Origin: Geotalea uraniireducens Rf4
Lineage (GTDB): Bacteria; Desulfobacterota; Desulfuromonadia; Geobacterales; Geobacteraceae
Direction of reading: 5' to 3'
Length of the DNA: 32,000 bases
Assembly (NCBI RefSeq): GCF_000016745.1
Contig: NC_009483.1
Span: forward strand, 180,001 to 212,000
Position numbers and translations under genes: made by a program. Positions within the stretch are counted from its first letter, which is position 1. Each line of letters begins with the position of its first letter. Shown here piece by piece: positions 17,355 to 24,696 of this stretch. The notes under the pieces were generated by a model that saw only the letters and a list, made by a program, of their open reading frames with translations, was not told the DNA's origin and made no database searches.

Positions 17355-18317
17355 ATGAGCACTTTCGTAAAAACTATCGTCATCATTGCCATTGCACTCC
17401 TCCCCTTGACTGCCCGAGCTGAACTGGTCAGCGGCATCGCCGCCATCGTCAATGATGACATCATAACCACCTACGAGGTGGACAGGGACGCGGCTCTGAT
17501 CGGCAAAGAAATGGAGAAGAGAGCCCCTGCCGAGGCAGCTGACAAGGCGGCGTTACGCAAAACAGCTCTCAGTCGGCTCATAGACAAGAAACTGATCGAA
17601 CAGAAGATCAAGGAACTGGACATCAGGGTTCCCGAGGAAGAAGTCAGGCAGTCTATCGAGGACGTGAAGAAACAGAACAAACTTACCCAGGAAGCATTGG
17701 TAGCGGCATTGGCAGCGCAGGGGCTCTCCTTTGACCAATACAAAGCCCAGCTGAAGGAACAGCTCGAACGGCTTCGTTTGATGAGCCAGGAGGTGCGGGC
17801 CAAGATCCAGGTGGGTGAACGGGAAATGCGGGAATACTATGATGCAAACCGGGCAAAATACGGCGAGGAAGAGTTCACTCGTGCCCGACAGATATATTTC
17901 AAGATCGACAAGAAAGCCGCCGAGAGCGAGATCACGCGGGTGACTGCCGCGGCTGCCAATGTTTTGCAGGAGGCGAAAAGCGGCAAGGACTTTGCCGAGC
18001 TGGCGAAAAAGTATTCCGACGACCCGGCGGCTGCCAAGGATGGCGGGGAACTGGGAACCTTCAAAAGAGGAGACATGATCCCCGAGATCGAACGGGCCCT
18101 GGATACCATGAAGCCGGGCGAAATCAGCGATCTCGTCAGGACTCCGGCCGGTATCCACATTATAAAGCTGGAAGAGCGGACCAAGGGGAAGGCAAAGCCG
18201 TTCGAAGAGGTGAAAGCCGAAATTGAGGATTTCCTCTATAAAAAGAAGTCGGAAGACCGCTTCAACCAGTGGGTGAACGACCTCCGCAAGGGGGCAGCGA
18301 TAGAGATAAAGCAGTAA
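17355..18317 (+). CDS. SurA-like periplasmic chaperone/PPIase (SurA_N + PpiC domains)
   Basis: The ATG at 17355 gives the signal peptide MSTFVKTIVIIAIALLPLTARA. The rotamase core is ARQIYF...GGELGTFKRGDMIPEIE...AGIHIIKL. The upstream ORF-track start at 17280 would span the terminator. Confidence 0.85.
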   Translation: MSTFVKTIVIIAIALLPLTARAELVSGIAAIVNDDIITTYEVDRDAALIGKEMEKRAPAEAADKAALRKTALSRLIDKKLIEQKIKELDIRVPEEEVRQSIEDVKKQNKLTQEALVAALAAQGLSFDQYKAQLKEQLERLRLMSQEVRAKIQVGEREMREYYDANRAKYGEEEFTRARQIYFKIDKKAAESEITRVTAAAANVLQEAKSGKDFAELAKKYSDDPAAAKDGGELGTFKRGDMIPEIERALDTMKPGEISDLVRTPAGIHIIKLEERTKGKAKPFEEVKAEIEDFLYKKKSEDRFNQWVNDLRKGAAIEIKQ

Positions 18318-18319
18318 AT

Positions 18320-18392
18320 GGTCGGTGGTCGGCGGTCGGCGGTCGGCGGTAAAAGATGCGTTCCGGCCATCGACTACCGACCACCGCCCGCC
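18320..18392. repeat. Heptad tandem array (GGTCGGY)x4 with a partial inverted copy; fills the convergent junction
   Basis: GGTCGGT then GGTCGGC x3 (18320-18347), facing ACCGACCACCGCCCGCC (18376-18392). The perfect 10-bp complementary core is CGGTGGTCGG/CCGACCACCG. The element lies between the surA-like stop (18317) and the cbpA stop (18394). Confidence 0.85.
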
Positions 18393-18393
18393 T

Positions 18394-19287
18394 CTACAAC
18401 CCCTTCTTTGCCAACTCCTCCAGAAGCTCCCGCTGCGGGCCGGTCAACTGGTGAGGCACCTTGACCCCCACCCGCACATAGAGGTCGCCGCGTCCCGACT
18501 TTCCCAGATGGGGAAAACCCAGACCCTTCAACCGAATTTTGGTTCCCGGCTGGATGCCAGCCGGCACCTTTATCCGCTTTGTCCCGTCCATGGTATGCAC
18601 ATCTAGAGAAGCGCCGAGCGCCGCTTCGGAAAAGCGCACCTCCTGGTTAACGATGATGTCGTCCCCTTCCCTGTGAAAAATGGGGTCGCCGCTGACCTTG
18701 ACGGTCAGATAAAGGTCTCCGGCCGGGCCGCCACCGATGCCGTTCCCCCCCTTGCCATGCAGACGCAGCTTGGCCCCGTTTTCAATCCCCTCAGGGATTT
18801 TGACCGACAGCTCTTCGCGTTTCCCATCCCGCATGAATGCGACGTGTTTTTCGCCGCCGCTGAACGCTTCCTGAAATGATATGGACACCTCCATGGAGAA
18901 GTCTTCCCCCTTGCGCGGCCGTCCGCCAAACCTGGCCCCGCCCCTCTGCTGGAAGCCGCCGCCGAAAATGCGGGAGAAGATGTCGTCCGTGCCGAAACCG
19001 GCATCCTTGAACAGGTCCCCCACGTCGAAGCCGCGAAAGATATCCTCCTGGGAAAAACGCTGGTGGAAACCGCTGTCGCCGAACTGGTCGTACTGCGTCT
19101 TTTTCTGCGGGTCGGAAAGAACGGCATAAGCCTCGTTTATCTCCTTGAACTTATCTTCAGCCTCCTTGCTCCCCGGGTTCTTGTCGGGATGGTATTTGAC
19201 CGCCAGCTTGCGGTAGGACTTCTTGATCTCTGCAGGTGACGCGCCTTTTTTCAGGCCGAGCACCTGGTAGTAGTCGACATTTGCCAT
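18394..19287 (-). CDS. cbpA: J-domain co-chaperone lacking the zinc-finger domain (CbpA-like)
   Basis: J-domain YYQVLGL...HPDKN, a G/F-rich linker and DnaJ C-terminal domains. There are no CxxCxGxG repeats. AGGA lies 7 nt upstream. Confidence 0.8.
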   Translation of the reverse strand: MANVDYYQVLGLKKGASPAEIKKSYRKLAVKYHPDKNPGSKEAEDKFKEINEAYAVLSDPQKKTQYDQFGDSGFHQRFSQEDIFRGFDVGDLFKDAGFGTDDIFSRIFGGGFQQRGGARFGGRPRKGEDFSMEVSISFQEAFSGGEKHVAFMRDGKREELSVKIPEGIENGAKLRLHGKGGNGIGGGPAGDLYLTVKVSGDPIFHREGDDIIVNQEVRFSEAALGASLDVHTMDGTKRIKVPAGIQPGTKIRLKGLGFPHLGKSGRGDLYVRVGVKVPHQLTGPQRELLEELAKKGL

Positions 19288-19319
19288 GGGTTATCCTTTC
19301 GCGGTTTTCGATTAATCCC

Positions 19320-19348
19320 AATTTAATGGCGGAGAGCTCCGATGTCAA
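19320..19348 (-). promoter_or_regulatory. Candidate sigma70 promoter for cbpA
   Basis: The minus strand reads TTGACA (19348-19343), a 17-nt spacer, then TAAATT (19325-19320). Confidence 0.45.
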
Positions 19349-19372
19349 CCATTGTATCAAGCACCGTATACC

Positions 19373-19402
19373 TTGACAAGAAAGGTTAGAAGGGCTTACT
19401 AT
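19373..19402 (+). promoter_or_regulatory. Candidate sigma70 promoter for hemY
   Basis: TTGACA (19373-19378), an 18-nt spacer, then TACTAT (19397-19402). Confidence 0.4.
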
Positions 19403-19442
19403 TCGACAGATTCAGCCATTCGAGCAACAGGAGCAACATAAA

Positions 19443-20858
19443 ATGAAAAAAGCGATTGTCGTCGGTGGGGGTATTTCCGGTCTTGCCAGCGCCTATCTTC
19501 TCCGGGAAAAGGCAAAAAATTCCGGCATGGAGCTGGAAATAACCATTGTTGAAAAAGAGGATCGGACCGGTGGCAAGATCAGGAGCATAAAGGAGGACGG
19601 CTACCTGTGCGAGTGGGGACCAAACGGCTTTCTTGACAGCAAGCCGCAGACCCTTGATCTCTGCCGGGAGCTGAAGGTCGATTCCCAACTGCTCCGCAGC
19701 AACGACAACGCCCGCAAGCGGTTCATCTATTCCGGCGGAGTCCTGAACCGGCTGCCGGAGAACGGCCCCTCCTTTCTCAAGAGCCGGCTGATCTCCTGGC
19801 CTGGCAAGTTGCGTCTGGCGCTGGAACCGACGCCGTTCATCGCCAAAGCTCCAGAGGGGGTGGACGAGACCCTGGCCGCATTCGGCCGTCGCCGCCTCGG
19901 TGACGAAGCCTTGCGCAAGCTTATTGCGCCGATGGTCTCCGGGATATTTGCCGGTGACCCTGAGACCATGTCGCTAGTATCATGCTTTCCGCGCATTGCC
20001 GAGCTGGAGCGGGAATACGGCGGCCTGGTCAAGGCGATGGTCAAGCTGGCGAAAAAGAAAAAGCAGGAGATAGCCGAAGGCAAACAAGTGGCGAGCGCCG
20101 CCGGTCCCGGAGGTGTCCTGACCTCGTTCCGTGACGGGATACAGACCCTGACCGACATCCTCAATGAACGGCTTGGCAAAGACATGTTGGTCATCGGCGC
20201 TGAGGTCACGGGGGTAAGCCGGGGGAATTCCACCCCCTATCGGGTACAGACCGGGGGCAGGGAACTCGATGCCGACATCGTCGTGCTGGCCACACCGGCC
20301 TATGCCACGGCGCAGGCGTTGGAGGGGATTGACGGAGGGATGAGCGCCACGCTCAATCAGATTCCCTATGCCACCATGACGGTGGTCTGTTTCGGCTACG
20401 AGCAGGAAAAGGTCGCCCATGACCTGAACGGCTTCGGCTACCTGATCCCCAAGGCGGAGGGGATGAACATCCTCGGCACCCTCTGGGATTCCAGCATCTT
20501 TGAAAACCGGGCGCCGGAAGGCAAGGTGCTCTTGCGCAGCATGATGGGAGGGGCCTGCTTCCCCGAATACATCAGGCTCTCCGACGCGGAGGTGGTGCAA
20601 AAGGTGCGGGACAACCTGAAGACCATCATGGGGATAAAGGAGGCACCGGAATTCGTCCGCATCTTCCGTCACGAAAAGGCCATTCCCCAGTACACAGTGG
20701 GGCACGGTAGAAGGCTCGCCGCCCTCGAAGAACAGGCAAAAAGTCACCCCGGCCTCTTTCTTAGCGGCAACTCCTACCGGGGGATCGGCCTCAACGACTG
20801 CGTCGCCGCGGCCAACAGGACGGCGGACGAGGTGGTCGCGTTTCTGCAGAGCCGTTGA
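19443..20858 (+). CDS. hemY: Protoporphyrinogen/coproporphyrinogen oxidase, FAD-dependent (HemY family)
   Basis: N-terminal dinucleotide fold VVGGGISGLASAY. Length is 471 aa with family-typical C-terminal GNSYRGIGLNDC. AGGAG lies upstream. Confidence 0.85.
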   Translation: MKKAIVVGGGISGLASAYLLREKAKNSGMELEITIVEKEDRTGGKIRSIKEDGYLCEWGPNGFLDSKPQTLDLCRELKVDSQLLRSNDNARKRFIYSGGVLNRLPENGPSFLKSRLISWPGKLRLALEPTPFIAKAPEGVDETLAAFGRRRLGDEALRKLIAPMVSGIFAGDPETMSLVSCFPRIAELEREYGGLVKAMVKLAKKKKQEIAEGKQVASAAGPGGVLTSFRDGIQTLTDILNERLGKDMLVIGAEVTGVSRGNSTPYRVQTGGRELDADIVVLATPAYATAQALEGIDGGMSATLNQIPYATMTVVCFGYEQEKVAHDLNGFGYLIPKAEGMNILGTLWDSSIFENRAPEGKVLLRSMMGGACFPEYIRLSDAEVVQKVRDNLKTIMGIKEAPEFVRIFRHEKAIPQYTVGHGRRLAALEEQAKSHPGLFLSGNSYRGIGLNDCVAAANRTADEVVAFLQSR

Positions 20859-20895
20859 CAAGAAAAGGCAACCTTCTTCCGGTTGCCTTTTCTTG
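20859..20895. terminator. Bidirectional terminator hairpin between hemY and flxA
   Basis: Perfect 15-bp stem CAAGAAAAGGCAACC (20859-20873) pairs with GGTTGCCTTTTCTTG (20881-20895). The loop is 7 nt, and the 3' arm is U-rich on both strands. Confidence 0.8.
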
Positions 20896-20915
20896 TTGAT
20901 GCTATGATCGAAGCC

Positions 20916-21758
20916 TTAGAACTCCTGCGGCATAGCCTTCACCTGCTTGGCGGTGAAGACCGGCCCGTCCTTGCAGACATAGGTATTCCCCACGTTGCAT
21001 CTGCCGCATTTGCCCAGGCCGCATTTCATCCTGTTCTCCAGGGTGGTGTAGATGGCGTCATCGGTAAAGCCGAGCCGCTCCAGGACCGGCAGGGTGAACT
21101 TGATCATCACCGGCGGTCCGCAGACAAGGGCGATGGTGTTTTGCGCGCTTGGCGTCGCCTCTTCCAGGATGGTGGGGACAAAGCCGACCTTGCCGTCCCA
21201 GTCGGGACCGTTCCCCCCCGGATCCACCGTCTTCACCAGGTTCACGTCCCCCCGCTCCTGCCACTCCTCAAGCTCCCGCTTGTAGACCAGATCCGCCTCC
21301 GTCCTGGCACCGTAGACGATGGTGATATCCTTGAACCTGTCCCTCAGGTCGAGGCAGTTCCAGATCACCGTTCGCAGCGGGGGGAGGGCGATGCCGCCGG
21401 CGACGAAGACGAGGCTTTTCCCCTCGAACTCCTCGATGGGGAACGAGTTGCCGTAAGGGCCGCGCACCCCCATCGTGTCTCCCACCTCCAGTTGCCGCAG
21501 CGACTCCGTGACCCGTCCCGTGGCCCTGAAACAGCACTCGATGTAACCCTTGCGGGTCGGCGAGGAAGCGATGCAGAAGGTGGATTCGCCGGCGCCGAAG
21601 GCCGAGTACTCGGCAAACTGGCCGGCGCGGAAGGAGAAGTTCTCCCGCACCTGCTCATCCTGGAAGACCAGGCGCAGCGTACGCACGTCCGGGGTTTCGT
21701 CGACGATTTCTTCGATGGTGGCGAGGTGGGGGAGGTAGATGTTTTTGTTATCGCACAT
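20916..21758 (-). CDS. flxA: FAD/NAD(P)H-binding [2Fe-2S] oxidoreductase subunit (FlxA; AsrB/HydG-gamma-like)
   Basis: Ferredoxin-reductase-type fold (RAGQF, GPYG, VFVAGGIALPP) and a C-terminal Cys cluster CGLGKCGRCNV...C. It is the last gene of the hdr-flx operon. Confidence 0.75.
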   Translation of the reverse strand: MCDNKNIYLPHLATIEEIVDETPDVRTLRLVFQDEQVRENFSFRAGQFAEYSAFGAGESTFCIASSPTRKGYIECCFRATGRVTESLRQLEVGDTMGVRGPYGNSFPIEEFEGKSLVFVAGGIALPPLRTVIWNCLDLRDRFKDITIVYGARTEADLVYKRELEEWQERGDVNLVKTVDPGGNGPDWDGKVGFVPTILEEATPSAQNTIALVCGPPVMIKFTLPVLERLGFTDDAIYTTLENRMKCGLGKCGRCNVGNTYVCKDGPVFTAKQVKAMPQEF

Positions 21759-21768
21759 TTTGGAACCC

Positions 21769-21834
21769 GTTCGATGTTCGATGTTCGATGTTCAAGGTTT
21801 TCTTACGTCGAACCTCGAACGTCGAACGTCGAAC
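21769..21834. repeat. Tandem-heptad hairpin, flxB/flxA gap
   Basis: GTTCGAT x3 plus GTTCAAG (21769-21796), a 10-nt loop, then GTCGAAC, CTCGAAC and GTCGAAC x2 (21807-21834). The 6-bp blocks are separated by single mismatches. Confidence 0.9.
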
Positions 21835-21838
21835 CGCT

Positions 21839-22843
21839 TTATTTGCTGTTGATTTCGTCCAATACCGCCTTGATATCGATCCCGACCGGACAGGCACGAA
21901 TGCACCTGCCGCAGCCGGTGCAGAGCGTCTGGCCGAACTTGTCGCCGTAATACTTGAACTTGTGCATGATCCTGTTTCTGTAACGCTTGTTCTGCATATC
22001 CCGCGGGTTGTGCCCCGAGGCGTGGTTGGTGAACTTGGCAAAGCCGCAGGCGTCCCAGCTCTTCCGCCTGGCCCCCTTGGCCTCGGTCCCCTCGTCCACT
22101 ATGTCGAAGCAGTGGCAGGCCGGGCAGAGGAAGGCGCAGGCGCCGCAACCGGCGCACCGATCGGCGATCTCCGTCCAGAGCGGGTTCTCGAAGTTGTTGT
22201 CGAGCCAGCTCTTTATCTTTTCCAGGTCGAGCGATTCTCCCGCCGGTTCGGCCGGCGGCAGCGGCTTTGCCGAACCGGCGTCGCTGAAGAACTGCGCCCG
22301 TTTCTCCAGAAGCTCCTTCCCCTTGTCGGTGACGGCTTGGGCTGCGTAACCGCCACCCTCAAGCGGGGTGAGGAACAGGTCCGAGCCCCTGGTATCCGCC
22401 GGGGAAAGACCGACAGCGGTGCAGAAACAGGCGTCATCGGCAGTCGTGCAGGCAAGCCCGATAATGGTCGTTTTTCTGCGCCTCTCCAGGTAAAACTCGT
22501 CGTTGTAATCCCAGGAGAAGACCGCATCGAGGATCGACGGAGCTGCCGCATCGCACGGCCGGGCGCAGAGCAGCACGGTTTCCGGGAAGGAGGCCGGGTC
22601 CACGTCGTTTACCCTCACACCGCCCTTGTCCTTTTCAAAGGTGAGGATGGTCTCGCAGAGGGGGAAGAACGTTTCCTTGGCGGACCTGCGCGGAAGGGCG
22701 CCGAGCGCCAGCTCGTCGCCACTTTTAAGCGGCTCATAGAGGGCCATGGTGCCCGCCTGCTTCGGGGCGACTACTCTTGCCCCTTCTTTCAGCAGGGTAT
22801 CGACGAGGAGACGGAGGTTCTGTTCGGTTATTGTTTTCGGCAT
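21839..22843 (-). CDS. flxB: Iron-sulfur subunit (FlxB; AsrA/HydB-beta-like)
   Basis: Cys clusters CAGCGACAFLCPACHC and CTGCGRCIRACP. The ATG at 22843 (MPKTITEQ) is preferred, because the ORF-track GTG at 22876 lies inside a hairpin arm. Confidence 0.7.
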   Translation of the reverse strand: MPKTITEQNLRLLVDTLLKEGARVVAPKQAGTMALYEPLKSGDELALGALPRRSAKETFFPLCETILTFEKDKGGVRVNDVDPASFPETVLLCARPCDAAAPSILDAVFSWDYNDEFYLERRRKTTIIGLACTTADDACFCTAVGLSPADTRGSDLFLTPLEGGGYAAQAVTDKGKELLEKRAQFFSDAGSAKPLPPAEPAGESLDLEKIKSWLDNNFENPLWTEIADRCAGCGACAFLCPACHCFDIVDEGTEAKGARRKSWDACGFAKFTNHASGHNPRDMQNKRYRNRIMHKFKYYGDKFGQTLCTGCGRCIRACPVGIDIKAVLDEINSK

Positions 22844-22864
22844 ATGATCTCGCTTAGATTTTTG

Positions 22865-23001
22865 CCACAGAGCCACGGAGACTCAGAGAAAAATCAAAAA
22901 CATGTTTTCGGTTTTGTTTGATCCGACTTGATCCGATTTTTCCGCGTACCATTGTTTTTCAGCTTTTCTCTGTGAATCTCTGTGTCTCCGTGCCTCTGTG
23001 G
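22865..23001. repeat. Tandem-octamer inverted repeat with a ~70-nt spacer, flxC/flxB gap
   Basis: The left arm is CCACAGAG-CCACGGAG-ACTCAGAG-AAAAA (22865-22893). The right arm is TTTTCTCTGTGAATCTCTGTGTCTCCGTGCCTCTGTGG (22964-23001). About 24 of 26 positions are complementary, and the right arm has one extra unit. The spacer holds a tandem 10-mer TTGATCCGAY x2 (22918-22937). Confidence 0.9.
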
Positions 23002-23012
23002 CAGAATTGCTG

Positions 23013-23960
23013 TTATTTTATGAACGACTGATCGTCGTCCTCTCTGTACTCCGCCAAAGGCCCCTTCTCCTTCGGCTCAAGCCCCGCCTCATGACCGTAG
23101 AGCTCTTTCAGCTCCTTTGCCATCTTCCGGTTGAGGAGGTTCAGCGGAATGTCCATCGGGCAGGCTCGCTCGCATTCGGCGCACCCCGCGCAACGGCCGG
23201 AGAGGTGCATGGCCCGGACGATGTGCCACGCCATGTTTCCCGCCGGACGCGGGCTTGTCTCAACCGCCTGGGGGCGGTTACGGTCGCACATGCACTGTTC
23301 GCAGTAGCAGAAGGGGCAGATGCTCCGGCAGGCCAGACAGCGCACGCAGCGGGAGAAATGTTCCTTCCAGAACGACCAGCGCTCCCGGGGTGTCATCGCT
23401 TCGAGCCGTGCCAGCTCCTCAGCTTCCACCGGGGACAATTCCGGCAGGGAGGGGAGACTGCCGGCGACAGAATCGGCTCCTTTCGGCTCGCGTACCGTGC
23501 ACTCCCGGCATTTCTTCGCGATGTTGGCGGTGGTCAGCGGCTCGCCGGTTGCGGCGCCGCTCCCCTTCACCCCGGCGCAGGCAACGGCGATGATGTGGAC
23601 GTCCTCCCGCTTCAGCTGGGATTCACCCATCAGTCCCGCCAGGGCACGCATATCGCACCCCTTGGCGACGATCGCCACCTTTCCCGTCTTCCGGATATCC
23701 TTCTTCGCCTTGGTCAGGTAGAGGGCCAGGTTGTTGACGCAGGCCGGGGAGAAGATCAGGTCATTCGCCCGGGCAGGGTCGGTGATGATGGCAGGCATGG
23801 CCGTGCCTTTCCTCTTGCCCGCCTGGTAGCCGATCACCGCGGCTACGGTACCGTCGGTCAGGAGCCTGGCGGCCTCCGCCCGGATCGCCTCGGTAACGGC
23901 AGCGTAGTAGCCGGTGTCCACCAGCGGGGTTGTGTCGAGTTGTTGTGCTGTGTTGGTCAT
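23013..23960 (-). CDS. flxC: Iron-sulfur subunit (FlxC-like)
   Basis: Cys-rich motifs CVRCLACRSICPFCYCEQCMC and CAGCAECERACP. AGGAAA lies upstream of the ATG. The gene sits between flxD and flxB. Confidence 0.65.
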   Translation of the reverse strand: MTNTAQQLDTTPLVDTGYYAAVTEAIRAEAARLLTDGTVAAVIGYQAGKRKGTAMPAIITDPARANDLIFSPACVNNLALYLTKAKKDIRKTGKVAIVAKGCDMRALAGLMGESQLKREDVHIIAVACAGVKGSGAATGEPLTTANIAKKCRECTVREPKGADSVAGSLPSLPELSPVEAEELARLEAMTPRERWSFWKEHFSRCVRCLACRSICPFCYCEQCMCDRNRPQAVETSPRPAGNMAWHIVRAMHLSGRCAGCAECERACPMDIPLNLLNRKMAKELKELYGHEAGLEPKEKGPLAEYREDDDQSFIK

Positions 23961-23978
23961 GATTTCCTAAACCGTTCT

Positions 23979-24067
23979 CACCACTAAGGCACTAAGGACA
24001 CGAAGAAAACCAAAAAAACGGGTTTTAGACTTTAGTCTTTCTTTGTGCTCTTAGTGTCTTAGTGGTG
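23979..24067. repeat. Tandem-octamer hairpin, flxD/flxC gap
   Basis: CACCACTAAGGCACTAAGGACACGAAGAAA (23979-24008) faces TTTCTTTGTGCTCTTAGTGTCTTAGTGGTG (24038-24067). 26 of 30 positions are complementary, and all four mismatches are transitions. The arms contain CACTAAGG x2. Confidence 0.9.
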
Positions 24068-24077
24068 AATGTAGTCG

Positions 24078-24563
24078 TTAAATGTTGTTGTACGCTTCTT
24101 TAAGCTCCGGGGTATCAATCTTCCCCGACCAGCACTCCTCAATCTCCAGCTCCTTGAATTCAAGCATCGGCCCCATGGCCCGGACACGCTCGGTGAGCTC
24201 GGTCACCACCTCGACCCACTTCCCCCCTTCGGCTGCGGAGACCCAGGAGAACTGGAGGCGCGAGAGATCTACGCCGACGAATTCCAGGAGCTTCCTGAAG
24301 GCGGCGAAACGACGGCGGGCGTGGAAGTTGCCGGCCATGTAGTGGCAGTCCCCCGGATGGCAGCCGGAGACGAGCACCCCGTCGGCCCCTTTCTGGAAGG
24401 CCTTGAGGATGAAGACCGGATCGATGCGGCCGGTGCAGGGGAACTTGACGACCCTCACGTTTGAAGGGTACTGCATTCGGCTGGTGCCGGCCAGGTCCGC
24501 ACCGGCGTAGGTGCACCAGGTGCAGACGAAGGCTACTATCTTTGGTTCGAAGTCGTGTTTCAT
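24078..24563 (-). CDS. flxD: MvhD-like [2Fe-2S] protein (FlxD)
   Basis: FVCTWCTYAGADLAG...KFPCTGRIDP...SGCHPGDCHY is the signature of the methyl-viologen-reducing hydrogenase delta subunit family. AGGA lies 5 nt upstream. Confidence 0.85.
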   Translation of the reverse strand: MKHDFEPKIVAFVCTWCTYAGADLAGTSRMQYPSNVRVVKFPCTGRIDPVFILKAFQKGADGVLVSGCHPGDCHYMAGNFHARRRFAAFRKLLEFVGVDLSRLQFSWVSAAEGGKWVEVVTELTERVRAMGPMLEFKELEIEECWSGKIDTPELKEAYNNI

Positions 24564-24572
24564 AACAATCCT

Positions 24573-24692
24573 GTTCGAGGTTCGAGGTTCGAGGTTCGAG
24601 GTTCGAGGTTCGAGGTTCGAGGTTCGAGGTTCGAGGTTCGAGGTTCGAGGTTCGGTTCTTGTTTTTCAACATCGAACCTCGAACCTCGAACC
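24573..24692. repeat. (GTTCGAG)x11 microsatellite facing (TCGAACC)x3, hdrA/flxD gap
   Basis: Eleven perfect heptads (24573-24649), a 22-nt spacer, then three perfect complementary heptads (24672-24692). Confidence 0.95.
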
Positions 24693-24696
24693 GGTT

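Noticed and set aside
20883-23987. Plus-strand ORFs of 355, 377 and 329 aa opposite flxA, flxB and flxC
   Set aside because: These are shadow ORFs antisense to Fe-S/flavoprotein genes that have clear Cys motifs. They run through the repeat-filled gaps and have low-complexity R/G/A/P-rich composition.
24573-24649. GGTTCGAG units resemble the tRNA T-arm/T-loop (GGTTCGA)
   Set aside because: Only the 7-nt core matches. No acceptor, D or anticodon arms are present. The motif is on the strand antisense to the operon. It is most likely coincidental.
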